From the NCBI GenBank assembly GCA_965113315.1, contig OZ220365.1: a stretch of DNA of 64,000 nucleotides, one strand, 5' to 3'. Below are positions 13,817-27,159 of the stretch, in pieces. The notes below the pieces were generated by a model, which saw only the letters and a program-made list of their open reading frames with translations, ran no database searches and was not told the origin of the DNA. The stretch is from Podarcis vaucheri (Eukaryota). Position 1 is the stretch's first letter; each line of letters opens with the position of its first letter. Position numbers and translations under genes: made by a program.

Positions 13817-14313
13817 CAGGGCCATCTTAAGCATATCCGGCGCCGTGGTGCAAAGATCCCACCGGCGCCCCCCCCGGCAACTCCAAAACAAGGGATGGGG
13901 TGGTGGAAAATGTCCTCTGCCTCCCCCACCACCCCGATCCTCGGCGTGGTGGCAGCAATCAAGCAGGAAAACATGCTGGCGGACATGCTCTCCGGCGTCG
14001 GGGTGCCCGAGAAGGCAGCCCGGGAAGGCTTTCACCAGGAAGCAGGAAGAGGAAAACAACCCCGTCTTTAGCAGATGCAGAGACACGCAGCTTCCATCCT
14101 AAGCCTCTGCGGGGATCGGTCTCCTCCTGCAGAGACTTGGGAAGGAAGCTGCCCGCCCGCCAGCCATATAGTTGGCAGGGCGCAGCTGGCAGGCGTGCAG
14201 GGAAAGGGGAGGCTGCTGCAAAGCTGCGCAGCTCCCCAACTCGGTAGGGAGTCCCTGAGAGGCCGGCACCCTGGCACCCTGAACCACTAAGATCAATGGG
14301 AAAGACGGCTCTG
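13817..14313. mobile_element. Non-autonomous hAT element, GC-rich
   Basis: TIRs CAGGGCCATCTT / AAGACGGCTCTG; perfect 8-bp TSD tccctata. Confidence 0.88.
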
Positions 14314-14371
14314 TCCCTATAGCATCTGCAGCTCACTCAAATTCCCCCAGACACCCTCTCCCTCCTCCTAG

Positions 14372-14738
14372 GTAAAGGTAAAGGTAAAGGTACCCCTGCC
14401 CGAACGGGCCAGTCTTGACAGACTCTGGGGTTTGTGCGCCCATCTCACATCTAGAGGCCGGGGGCCAGCGCTGTCCGGGGACACTTCCGGGTCACGTGGC
14501 CAGCGTGACATCGCTGCTCTGGCGAGCCAGAGCCGCACACGGAACGCCGTTTACCTTCCCGCTGGTAAGCGGTACCTATTTATCTACTTGCCCCCGGGGG
14601 TGCTTTCGAACTGCTAGGTTGGCAGGCGCTGGGACCTAACAACGGGAGCGCACCCCGCCGCGGGGATTCGAACCGCCAACCTTTCGATCGGCAAGCCCTA
14701 GGCGCTGAGGCTTTAGCCCACAGCGCCACCCGCGTCCC
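14372..14738 (-). mobile_element. Sauria SINE, distinct CpG-rich subfamily
   Basis: Same architecture with diagnostic changes; TSD tctccctcctcctag on both sides. Confidence 0.92.
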
Positions 14739-16105
14739 TCTCCCTCCTCCTAGAGAGGAGCAAAATCTCTGGGCAGAAAAGCAACATGAGGTGATCCAAG
14801 TATTTTCTAATATATTGCAGTCTAGCAAATGAAGACTCTGTGTAAAGAAGATTGTAATATAAAATGTTCAAACTCCAAATGCAAAAGCAAAGAGCTAGGA
14901 AGAAGATTAGCAACACCAGCCTCTGTTACCCTGGTGCTCTCCAAGTGTTTTGGAATACAAATCCCATCAGATTCCTACTCACCCAACATAACCATGCTCC
15001 CATTAGCCCCATCATCAGACAGTTGTACTGGCTGAAGCTGATGGGAACTGTAATCCAAAACATCTGATGGGCACCTCCACATAAAGGACTGGTCATGATT
15101 AAGAGCTCCAAGCACAGACAAATCCACAAGATAATGATATAGCATGAAAACTGAGAAGGAAAACATGCCCTTCAGAACCAGATTTGAAAAGACTGAAATC
15201 ATGGATACGAGGAATCCAAGGAGACGTGACAGTACATGTTAGCCAGTGGGTGAAGAACACTAATTGTCAAATCCTTCTCAACTTGCTAACCCAGCAAGGA
15301 AGAGAAGCAGACCTTTCGCAGCTCCGTTTTTGGGAAGGTACAAAATCGAAGAGCTTGAAATGTTCCCTTGAGGAACAGAGATCAGAGCAGCATTTCAAAA
15401 TATACACTCAGAAAATGATTCCTTACTTGAGAAGGCAACAGTCAGGCAAAACAAAAGGAAAAATGAAGTAAGCAAGGCACAGACTGTTCTGCTCTTGACC
15501 CCACTGCATTTTTAAGCTCCAGGTACACAACTCCAAGCAGGGTAAGCCAGAGTTCTGTTCAGTTAGAAATGTATGCAGAATTGCAGACTATTTTACAGCC
15601 CTCAGATAATCTGCACTTCATTTATTTAAGAGCATCAACGGTTTCTCACCTCTCAGATGGGTGATCTTAAGAACCAACTCAGAAGCTAGAGAATTATTTC
15701 CATCTAGAAGATGAACTAAGGCAGGAGGGACATATGTCTGTTTCTAGCATCTTCAAAACACTCACACTGTTTTTGTAGCTGGGACATGAATGTGAAACAC
15801 CTCTGACAGCCAGACTCCTGGGAGCTCTGTGCCTGCTGAATATATTTTGAGTGTCAGCTACCTTTGTGTGTAAACCCTGTGGTGGGATCCAGAGTCCTTC
15901 TCTATTTCCACTGGCATCTAGGACTTAGGAAGCCACCCACCAGATACCACACTTGGACCACACTGTTGGAGCTAGGCTTGTGTGGCCTGTGGCTGTGTTG
16001 GATTGGCCTTGGAAAAACAGCACCCCCTTCACATATCTTCCCCATACATGAGGAAACTGTAGACCAGGATAGCCAAAATGGTGCCCTCCAGTTGTTGTTG
16101 GAGTG

Positions 16106-16595
16106 TGTCAAGGGTGCTCACCAGCCAAAGGAGCACACATAACAGATAGAGAATTCTTCACTGTCAAAGTGGACACTTACAGTCATTTCTATAGCTCCAA
16201 AAATTCACCAACACCAGTCTAGTATCTATTCCCAGGTCTGCACTCTATGAAGCAGTTGCAACAACAAGGGGTCACTCCCCCCTTCACCAGTTTCTGCACA
16301 CACAGCCAGCGACTACACCTGAGTGGAAGCTTCCTGTGCTCTTTCCTCTTCAACTTCCCTTTGATTCTGCGAGACAGTGGTGCAGGGAGAGCCCTTCTGC
16401 TGCTCGACCTGCTTCTTCTTCCTCTTCCACACCCGTGCTGTGTTCCACCCTCCAGCTCAGAAGCTTTCCCTGCCTCCAGCTCTTGCCTCCTTGCTGGTAG
16501 AGTTCTTCACAAATCATTGGCCCCCCTCTCCCAAGTCCAACTCCAGCCCCGCTTCACCCTGTGCACACTTGTCAGCATGCTGCTAGTCCCTGACA
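16106..16595 (-). mobile_element. Older Gypsy-like solo LTR
   Basis: Minus strand TGTCAGGGA...CCCTTGACA, flanks gagtg/gactg; purine-rich U3 with remnant KLKRKEHRKLPLRCSRWL (LRRSxRL-like). Confidence 0.6.
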
Positions 16596-19500
16596 GACTG
16601 TAACACCTATCACCTTCAGCAACCACAGCCAGGGATGATGGGATTTGTTGGTCTAGAGCAGCCTTTCTCGACCTTGGGTTCCCGTATGTTGTTGTACTAC
16701 CACTCCCATCATCCCTGACTGCTGCACCTGCTGGCTATGGATGATGGAAGTTGTAGTTCAACAACATTTAGGGACCCAAGGTTGAGACAGGCTGATTGAT
16801 CTAGAGTAAGGCCCTGTGTTGACTACGCTTACTCAGCTTTCATCATCCCTGAACACTGGTCATACTTGCTGGGGTTGAGAGGAGTTACAGTGCATCATCT
16901 GATGGGTCCCCCTGTTAACTATCTCTCTAGACTGCATGCATAAGACATGCAGGAGGGTCTTAGGACCTATAGAGTTGACACAATACAAATTCCGCACCAT
17001 CACATCCCCACTCTATTGCTATCACATTATAATGATTAAAGGGTGCCTACTAGGCTGTTTATGCACTTCTGCGTGGTCCTCGAACTAATTCAACCACAGT
17101 ACGAGCTCTAGAGTAATACAGCCTTACAGCTACTGTACAGCAACTGTTCTACTGGGGTTTTAACTCACTGAAACAGCAAATCATCATGCAGCGGAGCTGC
17201 TCACTTTTCGTGAAGCCTACAAGACAATCAATCTGCGACAGGCTATATGCATCGCAGGCACAGCATCTTTATTCAGAAAATAAATCTGGCATCTTTGTGT
17301 GAGCTGACAACTGAATCCAATGCCAAAATCAAGCAGCATCAACAAAGCAGCCTAGCTTCACGAGTATCAACTCTGCTGTGAAGCACCTGAGAAGTGTTTT
17401 CACCTCTCCTGGGCTCAGAAAGGAGGGAAATGTTTGGTCCCATAACAGGGAGGAGAAAACACTTCAAACACCACCAGAATGAATGTACTAGCAGCTGCCT
17501 CACCTCTGGAATATGCCTAGTTATCATAGAGGTGATAAACCAAATCTGGGCTGCACTATTTCAGACTGCTAACAAGACTGAATGCCCCTCCAAATGAAAA
17601 GTTCCCTCCACAGAGGGAGGTAAGGTTCTCATCTAGTCTTCTTCCTGACTTGCTAGTTTTGCGAGGTGGGGGAATGGCATCTTTTTGAATTATGTATGTT
17701 CAGTTACATGTGCCCCTGCCTGCAAGTAATGCAGCCAGACGCATGTTGACCACCTCAGCAGCATCGGTTCATACGCATGACGGGCGACATACAAATTTAA
17801 TAAATAAAACAATAAATAATGTATTAATTTAGAGTCAATGAGCAGCATGCTGGTGCAGACTGGTCAATAGAACCTGCCTCCCTGAACTAGCAAGTCCCCA
17901 CACACCATCACTGTCAATCATCTGGATGAACCCAGCACTAACTCAGATCTTGACCTCTCTCTAACATGCAAGCACAGCAACCACCTGCCTGTCCACAGGG
18001 AATCTGATCAAAACAATCCGACCAAAATGAGGCCAATCTTTAATTAACAGAAGTAGTACACACATAAGCTGCCTGTTACTGAATTCGCAGATTCCTTATA
18101 ACAAGAAAGGTTCTTAGGATGCCCAAAGCCCCATGTTTAAAACGAAAGACTCTACTGACTCCTGTTTTGGCAATAAGTGTATCAGAACAGGATGGAGAAT
18201 TTTAGAATAGTGTCAAGAGAATGGGTGACAAAAGGTATTGAAAGCTATGTTCACTAGATGCATCATAGGGTGCAAGGAGGTCTTAAACCAGGAGTTTTGC
18301 CAGCCTGGCTCCAGCAGCTAACGTCCTGTGCCACTAGGTAGAATCTCTGCTGAAAGAACAGCAGACTGAACTCTGCTATCCAGAAATGCCACCTGGGTGG
18401 TTATAATAAATGCTGCCACCTGACTTAGCACCCAGTCACATGAATCAAGATAACCCGGTCCTATAAAGCCACACCTGCAAGGCCTGCTCTTCAGTCTGAG
18501 CAACTTGTATCTCAGCAAGAGAGCCCTTCCAGACCACTTTCTCTCTACCCTGCCACGTGCTCTGCTTCTGACAAATGCATTAAGCCACCCGCTTGCCTCT
18601 TGGCTCATGACTGGCTCCCAGGGATGGGAGTGAGCACTGATCCGAACATCATTTCTTAACCTATTGTGGGAAAGCAACTTCCAGCAGCCCTGACAAATAT
18701 CTATCAATGCCACAAGCATGCTTCTAAATTTATTTTTGAAGGGCCAGAAAGCTCACTTTTTAAATCAAGAGTCAGAGGAATTCAAATTCCTAGTGATGTT
18801 CATTAACGAGACAACCAAACGCTACATATTTGAGAAATGTGTTGCTGCAAATGCAAGTCTACTGAGACGTGTGTGTGTGCTTCTACATGAACCACTTTGA
18901 GGTTGTTGGGTGGTTGTTGTTTTTACAATCAAGCGGTTTATAAATTTGACGAAAGAAGTAAGTGTGGCGAACCTGTGACTCTCCCAGATGCCGTTGGACT
19001 CCAACTCCCATCATCCTCTGCTAGAATGGCCAAAGGTCAGGGATGATGAGAGTTGTAGTCCAGCAACATTTGGAGGACCACAGAGTCTCCACCCATGTCT
19101 ATGCAATAGTTTAAAAGAGTGTGTGCCCTATTTCATTGTGGCACTTCACTTTATGGTATTTTGTTTATTGTGACACTTGTTAATTAGGGGGTTTGGGGAG
19201 GGGGTAAACCTACTTCATTAGATGTATGTGCACTTATCCTTTTTTAAAAATATGCATTTCAATCAAAGTATCTGGGTTTTAGCTACCCTATAAAGTTACC
19301 AACAGTAAATGAGAGGATTCATGTACCTCTAGTTAGACCGAACAAATACAAATACTGTATATCCTCTCTCAAACCTCAGAAAAAGGCCAACATATCATTA
19401 GCAGGGGCAAAAGATAGCAAGAGCATGACATCCGTGCACGTCCCTTGCAACCCATACTACCTGCTAGGCTTTGGATTTATTTTGCTTTGGAAATGTTACA

Positions 19501-20560
19501 ATAAAGCATACGGCTTCTGCTACAACAGAATGACATTTGACATGGGCTTAGCTTTATAGATTAGAATTTAATTTCCTGTTTTGCTTCTCTGCTCTCTGTA
19601 TTTCCACCCTTGCCCACAGCAATATATAAAGTTCAGTCCTCCTGAAGGATAAGATACCGCGCTTGGGAAAGGAACCAACACAGGTATCGGTGAGATTTCC
19701 TCCCCCGCAAGAACATCCTGTGTTCATCTTCAGATTCTAATCTTGTGAACTAAACTATGGTGCTTCTTTTAAATTCCAGCTCAAATTAGATCCCAAGGGT
19801 GGCAGTGGGGTGGGGGGGTGGGGAGAGCAACCTAGAATGTCTACGGCTTAAGAAAGACGTTTTCTAACCGTCTCAAAAGCACTCTCGAGAAAATGAAACC
19901 TAAGCTGCCTAACTGTAATTAAGTTTGAAAGTGAATATGGGAAAGGCAAGCAATTTATCTGCTAGCTCTGGTTCTTGTCCTGGGCACAGAGTCAAGGGAG
20001 TCAAAGGTAAGTGTTTGAAGGTAAGTCAAATCCTCTGTCCATTTGGCTCAGTCATGTCTACTCCAGCCAGGCTGGTTTATGAATAAGTTTTGCAGCAGTG
20101 ATGGGTCACAAAACCCACCGAACGAGGCAGCTCCACTTAGGAGCAGCACGTCCTGTTTTGCCACTTGAAGTGCTCTCTACTCTCTGTAAGTACCACAGGA
20201 GTCCATGGCCATTTTATACTAAACAATTACAACCCAAAACACCAAGACTTTTTCCATTTAAAGCCTTTTTCAATATAACCTAACTGCTAATGCATGGCTT
20301 TGTCTTCCAGAAGCAAATATGCTTTCGGGACTGTGAGTTGAAATTAAACAGAAAAAAAATGAAATAAAAACTTATGAAGCTGAACCACAATAGGAACATC
20401 TTGCTGCACAAATGGATAAAAGCAAACTTGTGGTGGTGAGGAATTCTTTCCCTTACCAATCATGCACATATTCCCTTATTTAAGGAACATTTGAATCCCT
20501 GACCTTTAAATATATGTCTCAAGGATTGAGGTTTTAGTTCCAGCCTATGCTATTCAGCTA

Positions 20561-20917
20561 GGGATGCGGGTGGTGCTGTGGGTTAAACCACAGAGCCTAG
20601 GACTTGCTGATCAGAAGGTTGGCAGTTCGAATCCCCGCAACAGGGTGAGCTCCCGCTGCTTGGTCGCTGCTCCTGCCAACCTAGCAGTTCGAAAGCACGT
20701 CAAAGTGCAAGTAGATAAAAAGGTACCACTCCAGCGGGAAGGTAAACGTCGTTTCTGTGTGCTGCTCTGGTTCGCCAGAAGCGGCTTAGTCATGCTGGCC
20801 ACATGACCCGGAAGCTGTTTGCCAGCTCCCTCGGCCAATAAAGCGAGATGAGCGCCGCAACCCCAGAGTCGGCCATGTCTGGTCCTAATGGTCAGGGGTC
20901 CCTTTAACTTTACCTTT
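20561..20917 (+). mobile_element. Sauria SINE
   Basis: Full length; TSD tatgctattcagcta. Confidence 0.92.
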
Positions 20918-21497
20918 TATGCTATTCAGCTAGAAACAGCTCCTTTTAGAAGCTGTAGCACTGCAGCTGCCTGCCATGTGGCTCTCATCCTACTCCGCCA
21001 TGGTAAGATTCTAGTCCTCACTATTGTGGGGTTGACTCCAAACTTTGAGAAATAATGGTGTATAAAGGACTAAAAGGAAGAAGCACCTCATTACATATGA
21101 GAGGAAGTTTTAAGACTGTGTGAATGGGGAAAGGGAAATGGAGCCGCTGGAGATGTCAGAGAGGCAGCCACACTGAACGATCCTGAAGGAAGCTTACAAG
21201 ACTTGCCTGCCCTTTCCCCACTATTATGATGAACAAGGCTTTCACTTTTTCAAAGACACATCAAGAACTCAAAAGCTGTGATGGTATTAATCTCCATTAA
21301 TTATTTTAATAAGCCCAATTCACATGTGCATTTTCAAGTGAGAACAGTTTCTCACTTCAAATGTCAACATTGGCTGTTCATTATGAGCACTAACGTCTCT
21401 ATGACCTTGGGAGTGAAGAGGAGGAATCCATCCCCTGCCCTGAAGGAACTATAATACCCAGATTTCCATTTTAAAAAGTAAGTATTTTTGTAGAAGG

Positions 21498-21554
21498 GAA
21501 CCAGAGCAGCGCACGGAAATGCCATTTACCTTCCCGCCGGAGTGGTACCTATTT
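21498..21554 (-). mobile_element. Internal Sauria SINE fragment
   Basis: gaaccagagcagcgcacggaaa...ggtacctattt matches the SINE body. Confidence 0.7.
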
Positions 21555-21787
21555 GAGTACCACCCTATAAAAGATAGCAGCTGATTGTCAGGAGTTGCTT
21601 AGCACCATGCGTGACACTTTCCAAGCCTCAACTCTCTGCGGAACATCTGCATCAGCAAAAACGGCTCACCAGGTAACACCAGGTGATAGACAAGTGAGCA
21701 GCCCCCACCCACCTGTCACAAGTTGTCCCACAGAGGATGGGGGATAAGAATTTGGCTAATTCCAGTTACCTATCCCTCATCTGTACA

Positions 21788-22141
21788 GGGACGCAGGTGG
21801 CGCTGTGGGTTAAACCACAGAGCCTAAGACTTGCCGATCAGAAGGTCGGTGGTTCGAATCCCTGTGATGGGGTGAGCTCCTGTTGCTCGGTCCCTGCTCC
21901 TGCCAACCTAGCAGTTCGAAAGCATGTCAAAGTGCAAGTAGATAAATAGGTACCACTCTGGCGGGAAGGTAAACGGCGTTTCCATGCGCTGCTCTGGTTC
22001 GCCAGAAGCGGCTTAGTCATGCTGGCCACATGACCTGTATGCCGGCTCCCTGGGCCAATAAAGTGAGATGAGCGCCGCAACCCCAGAGTCGGTCACGACT
22101 GGACCTAATGGTCAGGGGTCCCTTTACCTTTACCTTACCTT
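21788..22141 (+). mobile_element. Sauria SINE
   Basis: Near full length; TSD tatccctcatctgta. Confidence 0.92.
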
Positions 22142-22315
22142 TATCCCTCATCTGTATTTTTTAAATATAAAGCAAGGGTAGTGTTGCATCTGGAAACCAA
22201 CAGTTTAGGAAGCATGAGATGCAGAGCAGTACCTTATGATAAGGTGTATAAATTGGGTCTTCCCACACCAAAGTCTGAAAAAAAAAATCAGGTTATTGCA
22301 AAAACCCTACTTTGA

Positions 22316-22329
22316 CAGCCCTCTAGTGG
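22316..22329 (-). promoter_or_regulatory. CTCF consensus site
   Basis: Minus strand CCACTAGAGGGCTG matches the CCASYAGRKGGC core, in non-repetitive intronic sequence. Confidence 0.5.
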
Positions 22330-24680
22330 AAATGGAAGCAGTGACCAGCATGTGTTTCTCACCAATATAGGCATGGCTCGTTTTTGCTTTACATTTGAAA
22401 TCAGAAAACTAAATATTACAGAATATTATTTAGGGGGGAAAGTGGCACCTAATTTGTAGGGTACTCAGACTGCACTTGTAAACTCACTTACTGGGGAGTT
22501 GTCCCCCTGAACACAGTAGGAGTTACTTTCAAGTAAACCATTAGGCCACAATCCTAGGTGCTCTTACTTGGGAATTTGCTTCAGCAGGACTTACTTCTGC
22601 ATAATCAGACATAGAATTGGGCTGTCAGTTTAGTAAAGAAGACAGTTTAGCAAAGAACACACAGCAAAACTATGCATTGTTTTAAAAAGCACACCATCAA
22701 TAAAGCTGAAATCATCAGAAATTAAGTTGAACATAAAATCTGTCATAAGTTCCTCTCTTTCCTGAATCACCCAAATGGAAAACAGTACAAAAACCTCACA
22801 ACAGAGGTTAACTAATCTGACAATTTAATATCACCTCTTCAAGAAAGGGGGAAATAGCCAATACTTTGTTTATTTGCCCTCTGTAGGTTTCTACTGGCTA
22901 GTAGTCCTAAAACTATGAGGCAGTTTTATTACAATTCTGACAGGATAGAGCAAAAATCTGACCCATCCCATTATCTCTAGCTGATCGCAATAGCTGGATA
23001 TTTAAATTACCCCATAGCAAATACCACCTATCCACTCTCAAGGGTCAAACGACACATGATATTTTGTTTTTTAAGTTTTACTTAAACAGTGGGAGCTTGC
23101 AGGGAGCAGAAATCTAAACTGGATTATAGCAGCAAGTGGCGGCAGAAAAGGGGTTGAACCTTCTGCCTGCCACTAGTTTCCCCATCTAAATTAGTATGTG
23201 GATGGAGCCAGAAACCAGAAGTTGACATGACGTCTATGATACGCAAGCGCAAAAGGAATTTAACTTCTGACAGACAAGGATAGCTTATCCTGGTCTAATC
23301 TAAGGTAATAAACAAAACACACACACACTTACACACCCTTATGACTCTAAGAGGCAGAGGGCAATTATGCCATTTTAACCGCCTGTGTAAACATGTCAGA
23401 GAGGAAGTACAAATGGCGGATCACAACGTGATCTCAGACAGCATCACATGATGCAACATAGTGAGATGCCAAAGTCTATCTCTGCCCCTGCACTGTAGAA
23501 TAAAGAGAAAGCAGAAAACAGAAAGCAGACAGCAATATACTCAAACAACTCCAAGACCAAATACACCAAATATGCAGCACTGTAGCAGGTGTATCTGTCT
23601 GTCAAACTGGAGCAGAATACATTTTAGACTAGTTTAAAAGAAAACACACACAGAGTATTCCAGAAATGGGCATGGCTTGTGAGAGTAATGCTGGCATGAC
23701 TACAAGGAAGGTGTCGTAATCCCATATGCATAGGATGCCAGATCCCAACATGACCTTTCTAGTTACGGGATGTGAAGTAACAGAGCTGGGGCATCTACTG
23801 CCCACAACACAAGAGAGCTGAGTTTGAGGATTTCTGCTTGGCAGTATTTTGGTGGGCAAAAATAACATTCACTTCAAGGGAAGTAGGGCAGTCTGTCCCC
23901 ACTATACTTCTGTTTCCGACCATGTGACTGGATTCCACCTGCACTGAGAAATTTCAGAAGGATTTCAGACTAGCCTAGTTGCTTTCTTGTAACTACAACA
24001 ACGGCCACATGACAACCCTATTTTGAGATGCTATGTTTCCCTATTAGGAGCTACTAGAAAACCCTTTCCAAGCCCTCAAGCAGGTTCCCCCACCCCACCC
24101 TCCCACCATGTATCCTTGGTAGGTGTTTGTGACGTGGGGTGTGCTACTACAAATAGAAAGGCCAATTGTTGGTTTACTCCAGAGGGAAGTGGACAACTCC
24201 CTGTTGGGTGCTCTTCTACTTATACACAGACTGAATGGCTTCAGTCAGGAAGCAGGAAGAGAGTTTCCTTTTAAAAAAACCCCCAAAACCCTGAGTTTTG
24301 TGCCATGGTTTGTACTTCTATTTCCAACCAAAATTTTTCATCTTAAAGCTTATTTTGAAACTGCAGACATGACCTCATCGATTCATATTAAACTCGGTCC
24401 TCTGTCCACCAAAATAGTCCTCTGCCCAGGAAGAGAGAACAATTGAGAATGAGATAGCACAAGAGATTGCAGTAAGTCACCTTTGCCAGACACGAAGCAG
24501 GGAATGAATGATTCAGCAAGGCAAGTCGCCAAATCAACTTGACCCAGAACTTTGTGGCACAAATATAACTTTAAGCCAGCACTGCCGCGTGACAATTACC
24601 CCTATGGGGAAGAATCACAGCTCAGTGGCATGGCTGGGAATGCCCCCGTCTCCAACCCTGGAGCAAACACTGCAAGTCCC

Positions 24681-25121
24681 TGTCAGGGAACTGCCATCGG
24701 CTCAGGGGCGAGAGGGGAAAAGGCGGATGGATTACAGAGAGCCCCCAAAGATCGTGGGAAGCAGCACTTCCTCAGCGGAGAAAGGAAGCCACGCCTCTAG
24801 TGAGGAGGAGATGCAGGGCTCGGGGGATGCAAGGCGGTGCCAGGACACCTTGCCTGAGCAAAGCGGGGAGGAGAGAGATCCCCCTTTACCCAAGCCGTCC
24901 TTGCGCAGTCCTTGAGGGGAGGCGTAGGCTGGGGATCAAGAAACTACTCTGCTGGGGAAAGTTTAAGGACCGCCCACTCTCAGATTCTGCTAGTGAGTGA
25001 GCAAGATATGGAATAGAGGCGTTCTGCATTGTAGAGGTTTTAGCACCGATAAAGCTTTTGAAAAGACCAGTGAGGCATCTTGCCTGATCGCTCTTGAGCA
25101 ACCTCATCGATACTCTTAACA
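24681..25121 (+). mobile_element. Gypsy-like solo LTR with ORF-bearing U3 (copy 1)
   Basis: TGTCAGGGAACTGCCATCGG...TTAACA; flanks gtccc/gtcac (5-bp TSD, 1 mismatch); homologous to 27160-27594. Confidence 0.78.
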
Positions 25122-25381
25122 GTCACTGAAGAAAATGCTAAGATGGACTGATGGTCCAATTTGGTATAAGGTAGCTTCCTATGTTCTTAATTCTAAACTT
25201 GAATGAAAAGGTGTCATGATCCCAACTCTTTGAAACGCAAACAAATCATTCATATTCAAGCAAACAGCTGCCTAGTATCAAGAAAATGTGCCTAGTGTGT
25301 CTTTTTCTCTACCTGGCTATTCTGGGCAGGGGAAGGGGAACATAAGTGCCAATGAGAGTAATATCAGTGACAGTCCTGTAC

Positions 25382-25556
25382 CTGTGTCGACTTCTGTGGA
25401 TGCCGGAGAAACAAATGTGCCAGCAGGACTAAGAATCTCATCACTTCTCCCAGTTCTGGGATTCAGCAGAAAACTTTCTGCACTTATGACGCATGGTATG
25501 TCCAGCAAGCTGCTTTCTCCAGACTGGCAGCTTGACGTCGCTTCGCTTCCTTCCAT
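25382..25556 (-). CDS. SHLD1: Shieldin complex subunit 1 (C20orf196/RINN3), first coding exon (exon 25382-25566, ATG at 25556, 58 codons + 1 nt)
   Basis: Acceptor ttgcctttgtttcag|TGG at 25566, strong Kozak CTTGCCATGG, donor CAG|GTACAG at 25382. MEGSEATSSCQSGESSLLDIPCVISAESFLLNP...SPASTEVDT aligns with the remembered human N-terminus MAARDATSGSLSEESSALDLPSACDIRDYVLQ...YSSDVDP, including the LD[L/I]P motif. It is head-to-head with GPCPD1, as on human 20p12.3. The terminal coding exon was not found in the window. Confidence 0.85.
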
Positions 25557-26079
25557 GGCAAGACCACTGAAACAAAGGCAAGAATTGTTTTTGCTCTTTA
25601 GATTTATTTTGACAATTCACAGCCCACTTTTTCATTTCAGGATGTTGTGTAGTATTCCACTCCACCCATTAGAAAATAGAAAGGGGGAAATACTCCAATG
25701 CAAGCCTGTTTGCAATGAAGTGATCTGGACATACATACCTGGGTGCAAGCCCCACTGAACTCAGTCAGTCTTCCAATTTTGAGTAAATGTAGAATGAACT
25801 GAAAAGCAGCACCCCACCTGCAAACTGGGAGATTTATTATGCTGACTATGGATTTCTTCGCATGGGAACACCACCTTGACATATTTTAGCTTGGAATTGT
25901 CTTAAGATACAAAGCTGGTGGTTTTCTCTGTTGGGGGAATACTGTGTACGGTACATTCTGGAAACATGCTATAAAGCACTCCCAGTGGTAAGAGGTCCAT
26001 AGACAGCACTGAAGTATTTTGTTTCCTTCATGGGAGGGAGAAGAGTACATTGGAAATGCATATTGCCTTTCTGATATTC

Positions 26080-26810
26080 AGAGGCTCAGCCATGCAGCAT
26101 ATAAAGCCATCCACAGGCTCAGAAGCAGTGCTGACATCATAATTAAAGTAGCCAACAAAGGAGGAGCTGACATCATGATGAGCAAGTTGTGCTACACAGG
26201 AGAGGCTAAGAGGCAACTCTCCAGTACTGCGTTTTAGAGGAACCTCTAAGCCAGACATGGCCAAACTTGACCCTCCAGGTGTTTTGGGACTACAATTCCC
26301 ATCATCCCTGACCACTGGTCCTGTTAGCTGGGGGTGATGGAAGTTGTAGTCCCAAAACATCTGGAAGGCCAAGTTTGGCCATGCCTGCTCTAAGCAGACT
26401 CAACTGAGGAACACCAGAAGGGAATACATAACTTGATAAAATAATTCCAAACAGATGTGCAGGACCAAATCTTTAAAGACACAATCCAGCAGCTTCTATT
26501 GAAAAACCTTTATCCTTAGGGAGCATCTCTTCCTGTATGAACCTGCCCAGACCATTAGGTCACCACTGGAGGCCCTTCTCTGGGTGCCTCCTCTGGGAGA
26601 AAAATGGAGGGTGACCAGACCGAGAGACTTTTCAGTAGAGGTCCACCTAATACTTACACAACTATCTTTTTGCATCCAGGTCAAGAATCTACTCTCTGGT
26701 ATTGTGGTTGTCAACTGGTGGTTTGGCCTTTAAAGCACTATGCACCATTTGTTAAAACGCCTGATTACCCATCAAGTTTATCAGGCACAACCACGTTTTG
26801 CACAAACTGA
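26080..26810 (+). mobile_element. Degenerate Penelope-like RT fragment, interrupted by a hAT MITE and an L2 piece (~26500-26650)
   Basis: LSHAAYKAIHRLRSSADIIIKVANKGGADIMM...Y..EAKRQLS resembles the PLE motif IIKPADKGGAVV..Y..EA.RQL; a later SFIR...L.KL remnant follows. Confidence 0.7.
26252..26387. mobile_element. Palindromic hAT MITE (GGACTACAA..CCCATCATCCC family)
   Basis: TIRs CAGACATGGCCAAACTT; perfect TSD ctctaagc. Degraded relatives at ~3867, 7579, 12810, 14920, 16658, 18961, 35660 and 56215. Confidence 0.88.
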
Positions 26811-27159
26811 GAGCCAAGATCAGAATACGTATGGCAGCTACTCAAAATAATTTCTTTACCTAACTCCAAAAAGAAAAGAAAGATGAATTATCTGTTCCAA
26901 TGGGGTATGAGCGTCTGGAGTAACATCTGGAGGACCACAACTTTTCCAGAAGAGCAATCTCAAAGTAGGAAAAGCCTGTACACGGAAGTATTATGCGCAG
27001 CCCTAGTGCAGGCACAAAAATCATGCATGGGAATCATACTGCTGACAGTAGGGAGAATGTATCACAAAAATTGTGAGAGCGCTTCCTCATAGTTTGAATG
27101 CTGGGACGGATAGATGGGTACAAACTATGCTGCCCTAGCAGAGGCCCTTAGAAGAGTGG

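Noticed and set aside
13568-14336. Cluster of overlapping ORFs suggesting a gene or CpG promoter
   Set aside because: Explained by a GC-rich non-autonomous hAT element with TIRs and an 8-bp TSD.
25317-25381. Read-through of the SHLD1 donor giving a hydrophobic tail (79-aa ORF)
   Set aside because: Similarity to SHLD1 ends at the 25382 donor; the tail is most simply intronic chance.
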